From Chrysomallon squamiferum (Eukaryota > Animalia > Mollusca): 64,000 nucleotides of DNA. This document shows, piece by piece, positions 25,143 to 39,252 of this stretch (position 1 is its first letter; each line of letters opens with the position of its first letter). The notes under the pieces were generated by a model. It ran no database searches. It was not told where the DNA came from and worked only from the letters and a program-made list of their open reading frames with translations. Location of the stretch: positions 26,846,001 to 26,910,000 of the forward strand of contig CM022679.1 in the NCBI GenBank assembly GCA_012295275.1, given 5' to 3'. The position numbers were made by a program, and so were the translations under genes.

Positions 25143-25635
25143 CGCTGACTTGACTGTGGGAAAAAAAAAAGGTTCAGTATTGAAGGTTATAATCTCATAA
25201 TTGTTTTAATTACCTTAGTGTGGTTGTTTGAAAGTAATTTAATATTTATTTTTGCTATTCCTATTATTAGGTGGTATAATAATTCATATTTTAAAACTTT
25301 GTTTTACTATTACTAGTATCAGTATTTGAATTTTTTCTCTCTTAATACTGTAATGAAAATACTTGGATATTTAGGCATGTAATTATTTTAATATAGTATT
25401 CTGAAGTGAAGTAAAGAAATAATATGAGAAAATAAATTTGCCTTTATATAAAATGATTGATGGTATTTACTATACCTTAAGTGTGTCCGTAACTCACGAA
25501 AAATGACTGGATAAAAAGATAGTCCCAAATGAGCCGTTGTTTGTATCACAAATTACATCATGTATAAACTATAATTTTGACATTTTGATGAAATATTCGC
25601 TAGGAATCTGATGCCTCTAAAATTATTACTATATA

Positions 25636-26353
25636 CAGTATTCCCTCGCTATTCGCGGGGATACGTTCTTACCCCCCGCGAATAGCGAAAAAACGCGAAT
25701 ATTGGATGCAGTTTTAAAACGTCTATTATGAGATTATATACGGTACTAAATGCTTCCCAAACACTTTCTAAAGACACTCTTACTCATTAATACAGTAATA
25801 ATGTAGTAATATTGCATGCAATTATGTATTTCACTAATGTAGTAATGATAATGTAAACACATTTTAATTTTGTAGTGAAACAATATTTTAATCAGAAAGA
25901 AACGTAAGTACAGGAGGACAGTAACACCGCATAGCATAGTTACCCATACAGTATTACTGTACCGTAAAGTCATTTTCTATGCGTACAACATTTGTATTAG
26001 AATTGACAGAAAGTGGAACAAATTTAAAGGCAAACAGACAGATAAATACAGTACGCACAGTTCAGGTAATAATACAATTCAGTAATAATATGCAATTAAA
26101 AACATTATTAATACACGGTCACAAAAAATATGCACTGTACATACAGTGTATGCATTTATAAAAAAAATACGTACTGTATTGCAATAATAATTGAAAAAAT
26201 TTGATATTGTTTGTGCGGTTTACCGAGCATTTGTTTTTATGACGTTATGACGCTAGCCTGGTATACCAGCATACGATGCGATAGGGTTAAGAGCCTAACC
26301 CGCGAATATGCGTGACCGCGAATGGGGAACCGCGAACAGGTGAGGGTATACTG
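25636..26353. mobile_element. Tigger/pogo-like non-autonomous element (MITE)
   Basis: TIRs CAGTATTCCCTCGCTATTCGCGG / CCGCGAACAGGTGAGGGTATACTG, TA on both flanks, CpG-rich ends with repeated CCGCGAAT motifs. Confidence 0.85.
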
Positions 26354-26520
26354 TATTTGAAATGTCGTAAAAGATCATTTTAAAATCTGTAATATAACTT
26401 TAATATCTTTTCATTTCCAGTTTTCTTTTTCTTTTTGTTTCTTTTATTATTCTTTTTATTTTATTTTATTACAAACCGAATAGCATTAAAAAATTATTTT
26501 TACAAGTCATTATTGTTACT

Positions 26521-26532
26521 GAAACTGAAAGT
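26521..26532 (+). promoter_or_regulatory. IRF-E/ISRE-like site
   Basis: GAAACTGAAAGT matches the GAAANNGAAA IRF-binding consensus. It lies upstream of gene B's putative first exon. Confidence 0.45.
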
Positions 26533-26589
26533 CACTAGTCATTGCTGATGTGTTTCGACTTTCATAATTTGTTCTTTGCCATTAACACA

Positions 26590-26591
<2 letters not shown>

Positions 26592-26653
<62 letters not shown>
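26592..26653. repeat. (GA)n microsatellite
   Basis: Perfect AG run of about 60 bp. Confidence 0.95.
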
Positions 26654-26658
<5 letters not shown>

Positions 26659-26675
26659 AATAAATAGCTAAAATA

Positions 26676-28095
26676 GACTGGTTTCTCATCGTTATTTGAT
26701 TTTGTCGGATTAACAGTTAATAGATATTTAAACAAGATCGGGTCGCCAAAGTGTCATGGCAGATTAAATTTCCCGCGTAATCAGTTAATGATTCAAAACT
26801 GACAGAGAGAGGTTACCATTTTTATATAACAAAATATCTAGGTTTGCAGACTATTGAATGTGTATTAGAATTGTTTGAAAATGGCTTTTGTTGATTTATT
26901 CTTCTTAAATTACTTGTATCTTATATTACTTACATAAAAAAACGATGTCACATGTGCCTAATAATTTAGACATGTGCAGATAATCGCCATTAGCGGCGGC
27001 CATTTCGCACCAATTAGCTGTTCCACTTCACACGTATTTTGCATGATGGGGGGGCACCGTTTGTTCGCTTTTCATTGGCTCATGTTATATTCTTTCCATG
27101 GGATTTCTGCATAAAAACACAGACGGGGGGGGGATATTCATAAGTGTTGCGACGGACACGCCCGCTGACCTGTCAGAAAGCGTGCCCGTCGTAGACGTGC
27201 TTCACAACAACCTTGCTCTGATTAGTACGTTAATTTTTTTTTTCAGTTTCAGTTTCATAAGTGCTCACGATTTCGAATATTTTAATTCCGTTGAGTTTTG
27301 CTGCGCCTATGCTGCTTTTTAGAAAATTACGAATTTTGAACACGCTTGAATCACTAAAACCAGCTACGTGACACGAACGAAAGGTAAGTGGACATAATAA
27401 TTTTTTTTTTTTTTTTTTTATCTTATTACTATTAGTAATATTATATTGGTATTTTTCATCCAAAATTTAAAAAAAAAAAAAAAAAAATTCAAATCGACTG
27501 GTTTCTCATCGTTATTTCATTTTGTCGGATTAACACTTAATATATATTTAAACAAGCTCGGATCGGCAAAGTGTCATCAGTTATTGACTTAAAATTCACA
27601 GAAAAAAGTCACCATTTTTTGGTCTAGGTTTGTAGAGTATTTAATATATATTAGATTTGTTTGAAAATGGCTTTTGTTGATTTATTCTTCTTAAATTACT
27701 TTTATCTTGTATTACTTACATAAGAAAACGATGTTACGTGTGCCTAATATTATATTGGTATTTTTCATCCAAAATTAAAAAAAAAAAAAAATCTAATCGA
27801 CTGGTTTCTCATCGTTATTTCATTTTGTCGGATTAACACTTAATATATATTTAAACAAGATCGGATCACCAAAGTGTCATCATCAAATTTATTGACTTAA
27901 ATTTCAAATTGACAGAAAAAGTCACCATTTTTTTTTAACAAGGTATCTAGGTTTGTAGACTATTTAATGTATATTAGATTTGTTTGAAAATGGCTTTTGT
28001 TGATTTATTCTTCTTAAATTACTTTTATCTTATTATTACTTACATAAGAAAACGATGTCACGTGTGCCTAATATTATATTGGTATTTTTCATCCA
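26676..28095. repeat. Three copies of a ~290-bp unit (about 26676-26962, 27495-27750, 27797-28095) around gene B's putative promoter
   Basis: Each copy runs GACTGGTTTCTCATCGTTATTT...TGTGCCTAATA. Confidence 0.9.
26980..27383 (+). promoter_or_regulatory. Putative promoter and non-coding first exon of gene B
   Basis: Locally CpG/GC-rich island in AT-rich DNA, CCAAT boxes near 27010 and 27074 (ATTGG), ISRE-like TTTCAGTTTCAGTTTC at 27241-27256, and a consensus donor AAG|GTAAGT at 27383/27384. Confidence 0.55.
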
Positions 28096-29318
28096 TAATT
28101 GTCTTGGGATTTTAAAATGAATGTTAACCACCTGTTTACAAATCAAACTAGCAGACGCTGATGCTATTCTGTATGGAATAATTATTATATAATAGTCCTA
28201 TTTAGTGCAATTCAAGACAATATTTAGCTAGTTAGATTCTGATGTAGAAAATGTATGGCAATACAACGAAAGCATAAGGAAATTAATACTAATTAATGCT
28301 ACTGGTAAAAAAACAAAAAACAAACAGAAAATGTTTGCAAGATACTTGAAAAAGTAAAGGGTTCTACAGCTTACAAAGAGCTTCATCTTTTGTACTGGTT
28401 TACTTTCAATGGAGTTTTTATGATACTCTTATTAAAGTCATAAAGAAAATTTGAGATAATTAGTGCAATTCATCATTCATTTAAAACTCACAAGTGTTAG
28501 GAACATGCTAAAAAATTGTGCTTAGTACTAGAACTCATCAAAAGCTTAATTTATATATATATAAATATATATAGGTTTAAAACAATATGACATATTCAAT
28601 TTTTATGTTGCCAAATGACTGAAATGAATCATAGTTTCGCCATAGATTAGCAAATTTTATTTAGATAAAAATTTATTTATTTCATATCAATGCTGTCTAA
28701 CAGATCTTGGTTTCATTTTAAAAATTGTATTTTTATTCTCCCTCTCTTTCTAATGATATAGAATTTAATAGGAAAATTATATTTTTAAAAATTTTGAGAC
28801 ATCTACTGACTGTGGGTCTTTCTAATTAACACAATATGTGTTGCTTTTATATGCTGTTATAATATGATTAAAAGGTAAAAATAATTAAAACAGAGCTTTC
28901 ACAAAGTTATATGTCAATTAGTGAATTACTCTGCATCTTGGAATCAGTGTAGAGCAAGGAACAAGAACAGAAATTAGCAATCCAATTATTTCAACAGTTG
29001 TTGTAGGTAGTTAGTAAAGCCCATGATAGCCATTGTTTGTTGTACTTTACTCCCATCTTCATTTATTGTCACATCTAAAAGTAGTAAGAGACCAGCAAGA
29101 AATTTACTTATTAATGAAAAGTGTATTCATTCTGTACAAGAATTTTAAGAACATTATCCCAATAAAGATCAAATAGTCCGATCCTCTATCAAGGCAGATA
29201 ATACAGGGGAAAACAAAATAATTGCTTTCTTTCCTTGACAATGAAAGATTGAACATTATTTCTGAGAAGACGTTATTTATATGATAATAATTTTTCTTAT
29301 TATTATTTCTATTATTTC

Positions 29319-29366
<48 letters not shown>

Positions 29367-29824
29367 GTTATGCAGAGTGTTATTTAATTTAAAATTTTAA
29401 TTTAAATTTTTTTTTTTTATTAATAACATTAACAGGGAACTGTCGTTAGGATTAATTATCCCTACTTTGAATTGGTAAATAAATTATTTTAAAACTATGT
29501 ACAATTTATAACAGATAATGTACATCCATTGTTATGCCTCCAAAATTTAACACTTAAAAATAAAAAAAAATAAATTACATCCCTTAAATGCCTCTGTGCA
29601 AATTTAAAATTTGTCTAATCAAAAAAGATGTGCATTTGCAGTATCAACACATAACAAAAACTTCATACGGGTCGGGTATATAATGTGTGTTCTCTGTATC
29701 TGTATTTGTTGGAACAACTGAAAATATCTTACATTTTTATTTATTTATTTATTTTTTTTATTATTTTATTTAAGGGAAACATTCATTGTTGCAGTCTGCA
29801 CTCATTTAACTGTTGCTGAGAACA

Positions 29825-32800
29825 ATGACTTCTGCAACTGATATCAGTGGTAAGTATGTCCGTCTGTCTGTAATGAATGAACCATTATGTCAAATGAAAT
29901 GAATATGCTGGTTGATAAGTGTTTATTGCCATACAAAGAACAAAACATTTTGTCTGATAACCTTGAGCTATTGATACATTTTACCATTATCCGAAATTGT
30001 TCTGATAACTCAAAATAGTGAAATCATCTTCCTGTATGATTTTCTTTTGAAGATAAAGAAATTCGACAATTGCTTTCTTCAGTAGTGGATGAACTTAATT
30101 CTGATGAACAAGAACAGTTAAAACTTCTTTCTCAAGATGTTCTCAACGAAAAAGACAAAAGCGAAACACCACTAAAGCGTTTTGATATATTACTTAAAAG
30201 TAAAACAATATGTCCAGAAAATATGGCATTCCTTGTAGAGGCTCTGGATTTGATGCAGCGTAGAGATGCCATTGAAAAGATTCAGAACTTTTACAAATAT
30301 AAAGGACATATAAAGGACATCTCAAGATCAAAATTGTATATTTCTCCATTTACTTGCCAACTTTATAAGTTGGGCTGCGACATGGATGAAAAAGATGTTC
30401 AAAATTTGGCTTTTCAACATAAAAAAGCAAATAAATACAAAATCGATGGGAACTGCTGACTCTGTTACGCAAGGAATCTGTTTTGAACGACTTGACAAGT
30501 ATTGAAACGGTGAGGAAACTTCTGAAGCTTGCCCCTGATAAGAACAGTGAGAGACTTCACTATCTGCAGGAATATTCCTCACCTGATCAGTCAAAAGAAA
30601 CTGGTAATTATTGCATGGAATAAGAAAATTATTTTAAAAAGAAGAAAAAAATAATAATGATGAAAATAACAGTTAACTGAAAACAGTTAGTATGTGTTAT
30701 AGGAATTAGTTATTACAAATCCAATATGGACTGTAAATAAGATTATCAAATGTGAATTTAACTTGATTTTGGTTACACATCTGTTATATAATTATCATAC
30801 AGTGTGTTCAGTTAAATATTTCCAGTCAAAATAGCATCAACCTAGATGACAGTGGCACTTATACATTAATTTTTCAGTTGTGAAAAACACCTGGGGAAAT
30901 AATAGTTTGAAATTAAAAACTTTTTGATTAAATGTCTCAATAATTTGAGATTCTGTGAAAGGTATTTTAGGTTAAAAACAAAACAAAACAAATGCTGAAA
31001 AATGTAAACATTGTGATCAGTAAAACACAACTTGATAAATTGTGGATAAATATATTGATTTTTGGTTCATAGTTATTAATGATATCAGCAGTATTTAATA
31101 TGAAAAAATACTTAAAATTGTACAATGTGTAAATGTATAATTATTTTCACTTAAGACAAACAGTGAATGCAGTGAAAATGTAATCCAGATAATGGTAATT
31201 GTTGTAGGTCAAAATGTAATGGCATTGACAGATGTGCCTGACTCATCATTGGTTTCTGATAATTCTCTGTCACAGTCAGTGGCTAATGATTCAAGTTCCC
31301 AGAGTAGCAAAGAGCCAGTAGCTGGAGATAAAGATGGCCAACATTACAACACCACAGCCAAGAAGATGAGCAAAACAGAAATGAATGAATATTTTAAGGA
31401 GGATAATGAATTGTGTTCAGGTGCAGGAGGAACAGTTTATAAAGGTTCAGATTTTTATTGCATGTTTAAATTTCATATAAAAAATGTAACAAATCTAGCC
31501 ACTAGTTTAAGAAGCTGCAAAACATGTTTGACAAAGTTTGCCACTTTTATTAATCTTTTCAGTTTTATCTACCATCAGTAAAATTCAAACGTTTCCTACA
31601 TTTTAATTTTCATTTCGTTTCTTATACTAATGTTATTAACCAAAAACTATTCCAAGAAATATATATCACAATAACTGGAAGTATACAAAATGAATTGAAT
31701 GTACTATTGCTATTTATTATAGGATGTAAGCAGTATAATGACTGTGATGTGGTTCTCAAGGTTTTGCATAAAGAAAACATGTCGAAATCTTTCAAAATGG
31801 TAAAACTTACCACACATTTTCTTTTTTTGTTACTATTTTTTATTTTTATTTGTCTGAGTTATCAGAAAGCAAAACATTTATTTCCACTATAAGACATTTT
31901 TATTTCTTCTTTTTCATTATTTGTATTTGTTGCATACACATGTACAAAGCATATATCAAAGTCTTTTATGCTGCTATTGTGAAGCTTGAATGCATATAGT
32001 TTATGAGAGGACCATAGAGGATGGATCCTGTTACCCATTACAACTCAACTTACAAATATCTCTCCATTGTGAATTTGATGGATGGTTGAGTTCACCATTT
32101 CAAATATTGATTATGTCAAATCACAATATTTTATCAGTTTGTACTATGGTGTTGATACTTGAGTGTTATATCTGTACAACATTTTGTCAGCTGGTGCTAT
32201 GATGTTGATGTTGCCTGACTTTGATGTGTATTAATTGTATCAGTTCGTGTATGATATTGATTTTCTTTTTATTTTTAAAAATAACAAAATAAAAAAAGGA
32301 GTTTTGTGTTTCTTTCAGTTCGTGTATGATATTGATGTTTTTTTAGTGTTACGTCTGCATAACATTTTATCAGTTCATATGATGTTGTTTGGGTGTATGG
32401 TTGGCTGCGCAAGGCTCTTGATGTGCCTCAGCTAAATAATTTGTTTATGACAAATGTCTTTATATTTTTTTCAGGAGCTTATTTCCTCCAGAAAAAAGCA
32501 TCCTTTTTTGCTGCCATTGTTAGCTTATTGTGAGGAGAATCAAGAGGAAAATGGGTAATAACAAAGAAAAAAACAGGAATGAAACTGACTGTGACATCAG
32601 GCCATAATGAGAATTATTAACTTGTTTACCAGTCATTCCTTTATCATTGTACTGCTACTACTTGCTCAAAATTGAAACAGATGCTTAATAATCAAAAAGG
32701 GCTTTTATTTTTTATTTTTTATTTTTTTTTATAAAATCCAAATTTTCACTATAATTACTGGAATATATATGGCAAATGTCCAGATCAAACACCCATTCTT

Positions 32801-35800
32801 ACTTAGTATGAAGAAGTATATTGATAAAATAATAATCTGACATTTTATGATCATCTGCCTTGATAACATATGAGACTGGAAATGAATACTGACTGCTGAA
32901 TCTAGCTGTTAAGCTTACTGTGTTGACAGATAGATTTTTTATGTGTATTTGTGTGCATATCTCTTTGATTGTTAACAACAGTTTGGTAATTTTTGTCTGT
33001 AGTTGTTAGTTTTCTTATTTTTAATTTAATATTTTTATAAACATCTGCAGATAGTATTCCAATTATGACTTTATTTAAGCCAAGCTTTAATAGATGGAAC
33101 CTATCGAGTCCCAAAAGTATCACTTAATGTGCATAGAAGAAAATGTTCATCTTTAATTTTAAAATATTTTTCTTTAATTTTTAAAATGTTTTATTTTAGA
33201 TATGTAGAATAGAATGCTAAATAATCATTTTTATTTGTTTAAACAGCTAATACACTTTTTAACAAGAATTTTTGGCATGGTTATTCCTTTACGTGGATTA
33301 ATGGTAAAGAAGCAATTTTATGCTTTCAGGCAGTGCATTTTAATGTTTCCACATATGAAGAATAGAGATCTTGAGGTCCGTCTAAAAGATGTTTGGGATA
33401 AAAAAGCTATGTTATTGTTGGAAGATCGTGTTCGCATTGTGTACCAGGTGTCTGTAGGATTAAATTTCTTGCACAGAAATGATGGAAATAATAGGTATGG
33501 AATTAGTGTGATTGATGAAAGAAAGAAGGCATATTAGAGTTAATTAATACATCTTCATTTTAGTTAAATCATCTCATTCTGTATGTGTGTGTTTCTTGGT
33601 AGAGGTAGTTATGCTTATATGTATGATAGCACAGGTATGCTTATCTCATGAATATTTGCATGACAGTTTTTCTTTTCTTTTTTCTCCCACAGAAAACGCA
33701 TCCTTCACAGAGATGTGAAAGCAGCAAATATTTTGCTTGATGACATGCTGAATGCTCGACTCAGTGATCCAGGAATAGCAAGAGAGCTTGATCGTCGGAC
33801 ACATATCACAACTATAACTCCATCAGGCACTGCAGGATATATTGATCCTGATGTTACAAGTTCAGGAAGGTTTAGACCAATAAATGATGTGTTTAGTCTT
33901 GGAGTGGGTGAGTGAGCTGAAATATTATTAACCAAAACACACAAAACACACAGTCACAGACACATTGTTTAAAGCCTGTATGCTGTAGCATTAACATGTT
34001 ATTATGAGATGTTCAGATACAAGCACTAATTTGTTTATAACATACGTAGACACAGTTCTATTCAAATTATGATAATATTGTATTAAAGACTAGTAAAAGT
34101 GATATCATCTTCAATCACAATGTTTTCCACTTGTGTGTGTGTGTGTGTGTCAGGTTATTTTAAATTTCTCTAAGTTTCTGTTTTCTTGTCATTGCAGCCA
34201 TACTTTGTAAGATCTCACTCATATATTATAAGAAATGCCCTGACAAACTGCTGACATCTCTTGTGAGGTCTGCATCAGTGTTTTGTTTCTGCCAACACTG
34301 AGCAACATGCAGCAGATTGATTTCTCAGTCATAGGGTAACGTTCTATTTCAGCCCCATTTGTTGTTTTCAAGGGCTGAAAGTTTTTGCATGCACTTGTTA
34401 TTTTTGTATTTTTTCACAGTCAGTATTGAGTTCTCTGATTGTTGAAGTACATAGCATGTAATGGTATAACACTGTTTTCAGTTACAGTGGCTTTAATGAA
34501 ATTGTGACTTTCTTTGTTTGTATTTATGGCTTCGTTCTTACTAAATTGGTGGGAAATCTTTCAGCCCTGGAAGCTACCATTTCATTACAAGTCTTATTAT
34601 TATTATTATTATTTTTTTTTTAGCTAGATGTGTGAGTGTACTGTATATCTATGTCTATGTATATATGTGTGTGTTTATGTGTGTCTTCGTTATAATTATG
34701 TATGTATCTATGTTTGTCAGTTATGATGATGTGTCTTAAATTCTGCTTTTTGTGTTAATTGATAAATATAAATGTGAGATAACTGCAATAAATTCAATAA
34801 CAAACAATCTTCATTAACATGGCAACATTGGTTGGGTATAATATAAAACATTAAATAAAATGAGAATTGAAAAAATAATACTTTAAAGTTATGTTGTTTA
34901 TTCTAAATTATAAAAATGTTCTACCTGTAACTCCAATCTCTGAAGAAATCAAAAGAATTTTACATTTCTGTGTGTGTTGAGTTACGTTAGTTTATGTTTT
35001 TCGGATCAAATAAATCACTGTTTTTTTCAGGAGCTTTTTAGTTTGTTTTTGAAATGTGTACCAGTATTTCAAGTCTCAGAATGTATCAGATTGATTTATA
35101 TGCTGCTGTTGTTTTTTTTTTTTTTAATGTTTTTTCTCTTTTTTCCCTTTTTCTATTGGTACTGATGATATAACAAGGAACTATTTAGCTGTATTGAGGA
35201 AAAGTGCTGTATATCATCTGTTCATTATATTTTCAATTGTTTATTCTTTTATGAAGTCTGTTTACTGTTTTGTGGAACTGTTTATCTTTTGTGAAGTTTG
35301 TTCACTGTTTAATGGAATTATTTGTTCTTTTGTAAAGTCTGTTCACTGTGTTGTGGAATTGTTCACAATTCAATGAAGTTTGTTTACATTTACAATTGAA
35401 GTTACTGAGCAGAAACGTAAATGTTGTTATGTTATTAGTATCTGTTTAATACATTACTACATTTCAGTTATGCTGCAACTGCTTTTAAATAAGCCGGAAC
35501 AGATTGAAGTGGAAAAAGATGGAGAGACAGACATCAAGAATTTATTCCAAATCTATCGCAACAAATCTGAGAAAGATGTTCTGGAAGAAGTAAGAAAATT
35601 ATACTATACTTCTCTTTTAATTCATATAAGTTGATTTGTTTGCTTCAGAAATCTAACTAAAAACCTTTTTCTATGAGTCATGTCCTGTGAAGAATGTTTC
35701 AGTGTTATAATTAAGGCTTGAATGTAGCAATAGCTTGGGAATTTTTTCGCTACTGGTATCTCTCAAGAAATTCTGGAATTCTAACCACAGCAGTATACTG

Positions 35801-37470
35801 GACAACTACCTTATTAATGCCTCTTCAGGATTTTTATTTATCTGTGTCTGAAATTCCACAAGGTGACGTAAGTGTTAATTTGGTCTTGTGAGAAGCATGA
35901 CAAGGTACAGTCATGTGAGCTAAAAGAATTGTTCATAGTTATGAGCTTGCATTTGAGAGATCAATATTACACACTTGTATAAAATTCTCAGTCAGTTTTT
36001 TGAAGAGACACTGTGTTCACTGACTGGCATATCATTTTAATAACTTAGTGTGCTTCTAGTGATAAAAGTTGAAGTCCAGCCATTCAGAGTGCCAAAGTCT
36101 CAGCCGGCCAGTGTACGAAAGCTAATTTATCAAAAGTGGTGACCTTTCCTCCCTGGTCAGTGGGAAGCTGAATGAAAAAAGAATCACTTGTTATGACTGC
36201 TGGTGTGATCAGTTAAGAAACAAAAATGGGAGAAGGTGGAATCCTAGCAGTGGTGTAGCAGTTGTTTAATTTCCACAAAATATCAATAATAAAATGTATT
36301 CAGATGCCATTCATCAATATTACACTGTTGTATGTTTAATTTTTTCTGTATTTTTCTTCTTTCTTTTTTTTTAAGGCTAAAAAACAGCACAAAGAATGGT
36401 CGGATGAATTATTGAAGAAATTTGTCAACTTAGCTTGGCAGGCAATAGCTGTTGCTGATGATCGAATTACTGCTGATAGTCTCTCTGAACAGCTACATGT
36501 GAGTTGGTCTGCAGATATAAGTATCAGATTGAATTCCTTTAAGCATTGTTGAGTTGAGAAAACTGAAATTAGACTGATTTCATTTCGAGTTAGTTGGAAA
36601 TGTGTTAATAATTTCTTCCCCAGTCAAACTCTAGGAAGCCAAAAGAAAAGAACATTGTTAAAATAAACCAAAAACCTTTTCATAATATCATTTCTGTCCT
36701 CTATAACACTGGTTTTTATTGATATTTTAATTTTAATATTATTTAATTTTATTTAAATATTTTATTTTCATTTATCAATTAATTTATTATTATTATTATT
36801 GTTGTTATTATTATTATTATTTATTATTATTATTATTATTATTATATGTCAATGAAGGGACATATTAATTGTAATATATTTGTGTTACTTTCAGTTCAAT
36901 GTTTTATACAGACGCTAACATTTGAAAATTTGTTAATCTATAGTAAATCTTATTGCTTGTGAAATATTTATTTTAATTTTTAACAGTTTGATTTATTTTT
37001 AAACAGGAACTTCTCATTAGCGCCAGTGCTGAATTGTGGAAATGTCCTTCACAGTTGACAATGTGTGTGTCTTGTTTTGGCCAACCAATAGGTTAGTTTT
37101 ATCTCTGGTTTTAGGATAGTTAAGATATTTGCAACAATTTGATATCAGATGATTTTTTTCAAAAAGATTAAGTTTTTGAAATTTGGCAGCTGTTCAGTAT
37201 ATAGATAGACAGATATATATATTTTATTATTTCAGTGAAGCTGAAGCCACTTTCTCCAAACTGCAATGAAAACTGTGCTCGCTTTTGCATGGATTGTCTT
37301 TCCAGAAGCCAAGAAAACCCACTGTTCTGTCCACAGCATGGGGAATGTCAACCACCAATTGGTAAGTACCTTAGTATTTTCTCTGTGATGTCAGTAACAT
37401 TTGTAATCAGTGTTAACTTTAGAAATTACATTGTCAGTAGATTCACTTTAAATATTGTTATCTTAGCTCA

Positions 37471-37512
<42 letters not shown>

Positions 37513-39046
37513 GGAGTCTGTGGAAACTGACCTTTGACTAACCCAGATTTCTGTGAAAAGCAGCACCATTTCAAAGTCCCATCCAGATATTGTCAATCTG
37601 TTATGTCTAATCTGGATGCTGTCTACTGTGAATTTCGGATGTAAGTTCCAGAACAAAAGAATAAGTTGTATAGTAATCAGTTTTGCCAACAATTTTTGAA
37701 CAAATACGGCAGTTTGCACACTTAATAAACAATGATGTACTTTTTGTAATTACTATAGTTATCTAAAAGAACAAAATAATTATTACTGTGTTGATACCTA
37801 AGTGAATTCAGATTTAGATTTAGGGTCAAAATACCTATGCTGCACATTTTGCATTGTCTTACTCAATTCTTCATAACAGCAGAGTGACCTAAGAAATGGT
37901 AATGTATTGAACTTTCTAAACCAAAATTAATAGAAGTTTTAGCTATGCAGGGTTCTTGCTAGGCTAGAAAAACAGGGAGAAGTGAGGTTTTGTATAGGTC
38001 AAATGAAAAACAATATGACAAAACCAAACCATTGTCACAAAACTAAAATTAAACATGTGTATATTGATATTCCACTTCTGATAAAACACGGTTTTCAGCA
38101 AGGTATTTTTTATACAGACATTAATAATAAAATTATTTAATAAAAGGTTTATTCTTACATTTGTTTAGAATTACATGCAGTCTGCTCTGTTCGGTATCAG
38201 ACCTCTACTTATGTTAGTTTGTTAATTTTAATCTTTTCTGTACCTGTAATTCTGTACAGTCAGTTATCCAGTTCACCTCAGTTAATTTAATTGTATACAA
38301 GTTAAAAGAACTGTGTTTATCATCAGCCTCTAATCACAACAATAAAACAAGGCATTTTTTGTAGCTATTCAGACAGTTGGTCACATGATTCACTAATACA
38401 TATAATTTGATGGAAATAACGGAAATCTGCAGGTTGACAGCAAAATGTGTGTCAATACTTCTTAACTTCCAAGTGATATAAATAAATAAATAAACAGAAC
38501 AGAAATTAAAACAAAAAAATGTAGAAAACAAAAATGGAAATTTAAACTTTGCTGTCAGTTTAAAATAAGGCTAAATTTAGTACAAAAGGGTAAGTATTTT
38601 GCCCATGTTGCCCCCTCACATGAACCCTGACTACACAATTTAAAATATGAAGACAAACAATATCTTAAAATTTTTGACCATTATCAGCAAGTGTATGAAA
38701 CCAACTTTTCAGCAGAGAATAACAACCAGAAAAATATAAAATTAGAATGGATTGAAGATAAACACTATGACTGATCTTTCATATATAGATGTTCTTAAAG
38801 ACATAAATCAAATTAAATCCATTGGCAGACTTTTCCACCCATGTTAAACATGGAGGCCATAATACAGTGGTTGGCTTTGAGAGAAATATGAAATACTGTG
38901 ATAACTAACAGATTATTTTTAGTCAACCTTTGATAGATGTTTAACTGTAGCATTTATAATCAAATGTATTCCATTTTAATCTTTATAAACAAGCAGTTAT
39001 CTAAACAGCTTGTGTCATTGGTCCCAAGTGAATCTGATTTTGACAG

Positions 39047-39092
<46 letters not shown>

Positions 39093-39218
39093 CATTCATA
39101 CAGACATGCCAGTGTATATACATACATACTTAGAGATGTAGACACACAGACACACACACCCCATATACACATACAGTCATGCATACATACATACATACAT
39201 ACATATTAAGAGACATAT

Positions 39219-39252
<34 letters not shown>

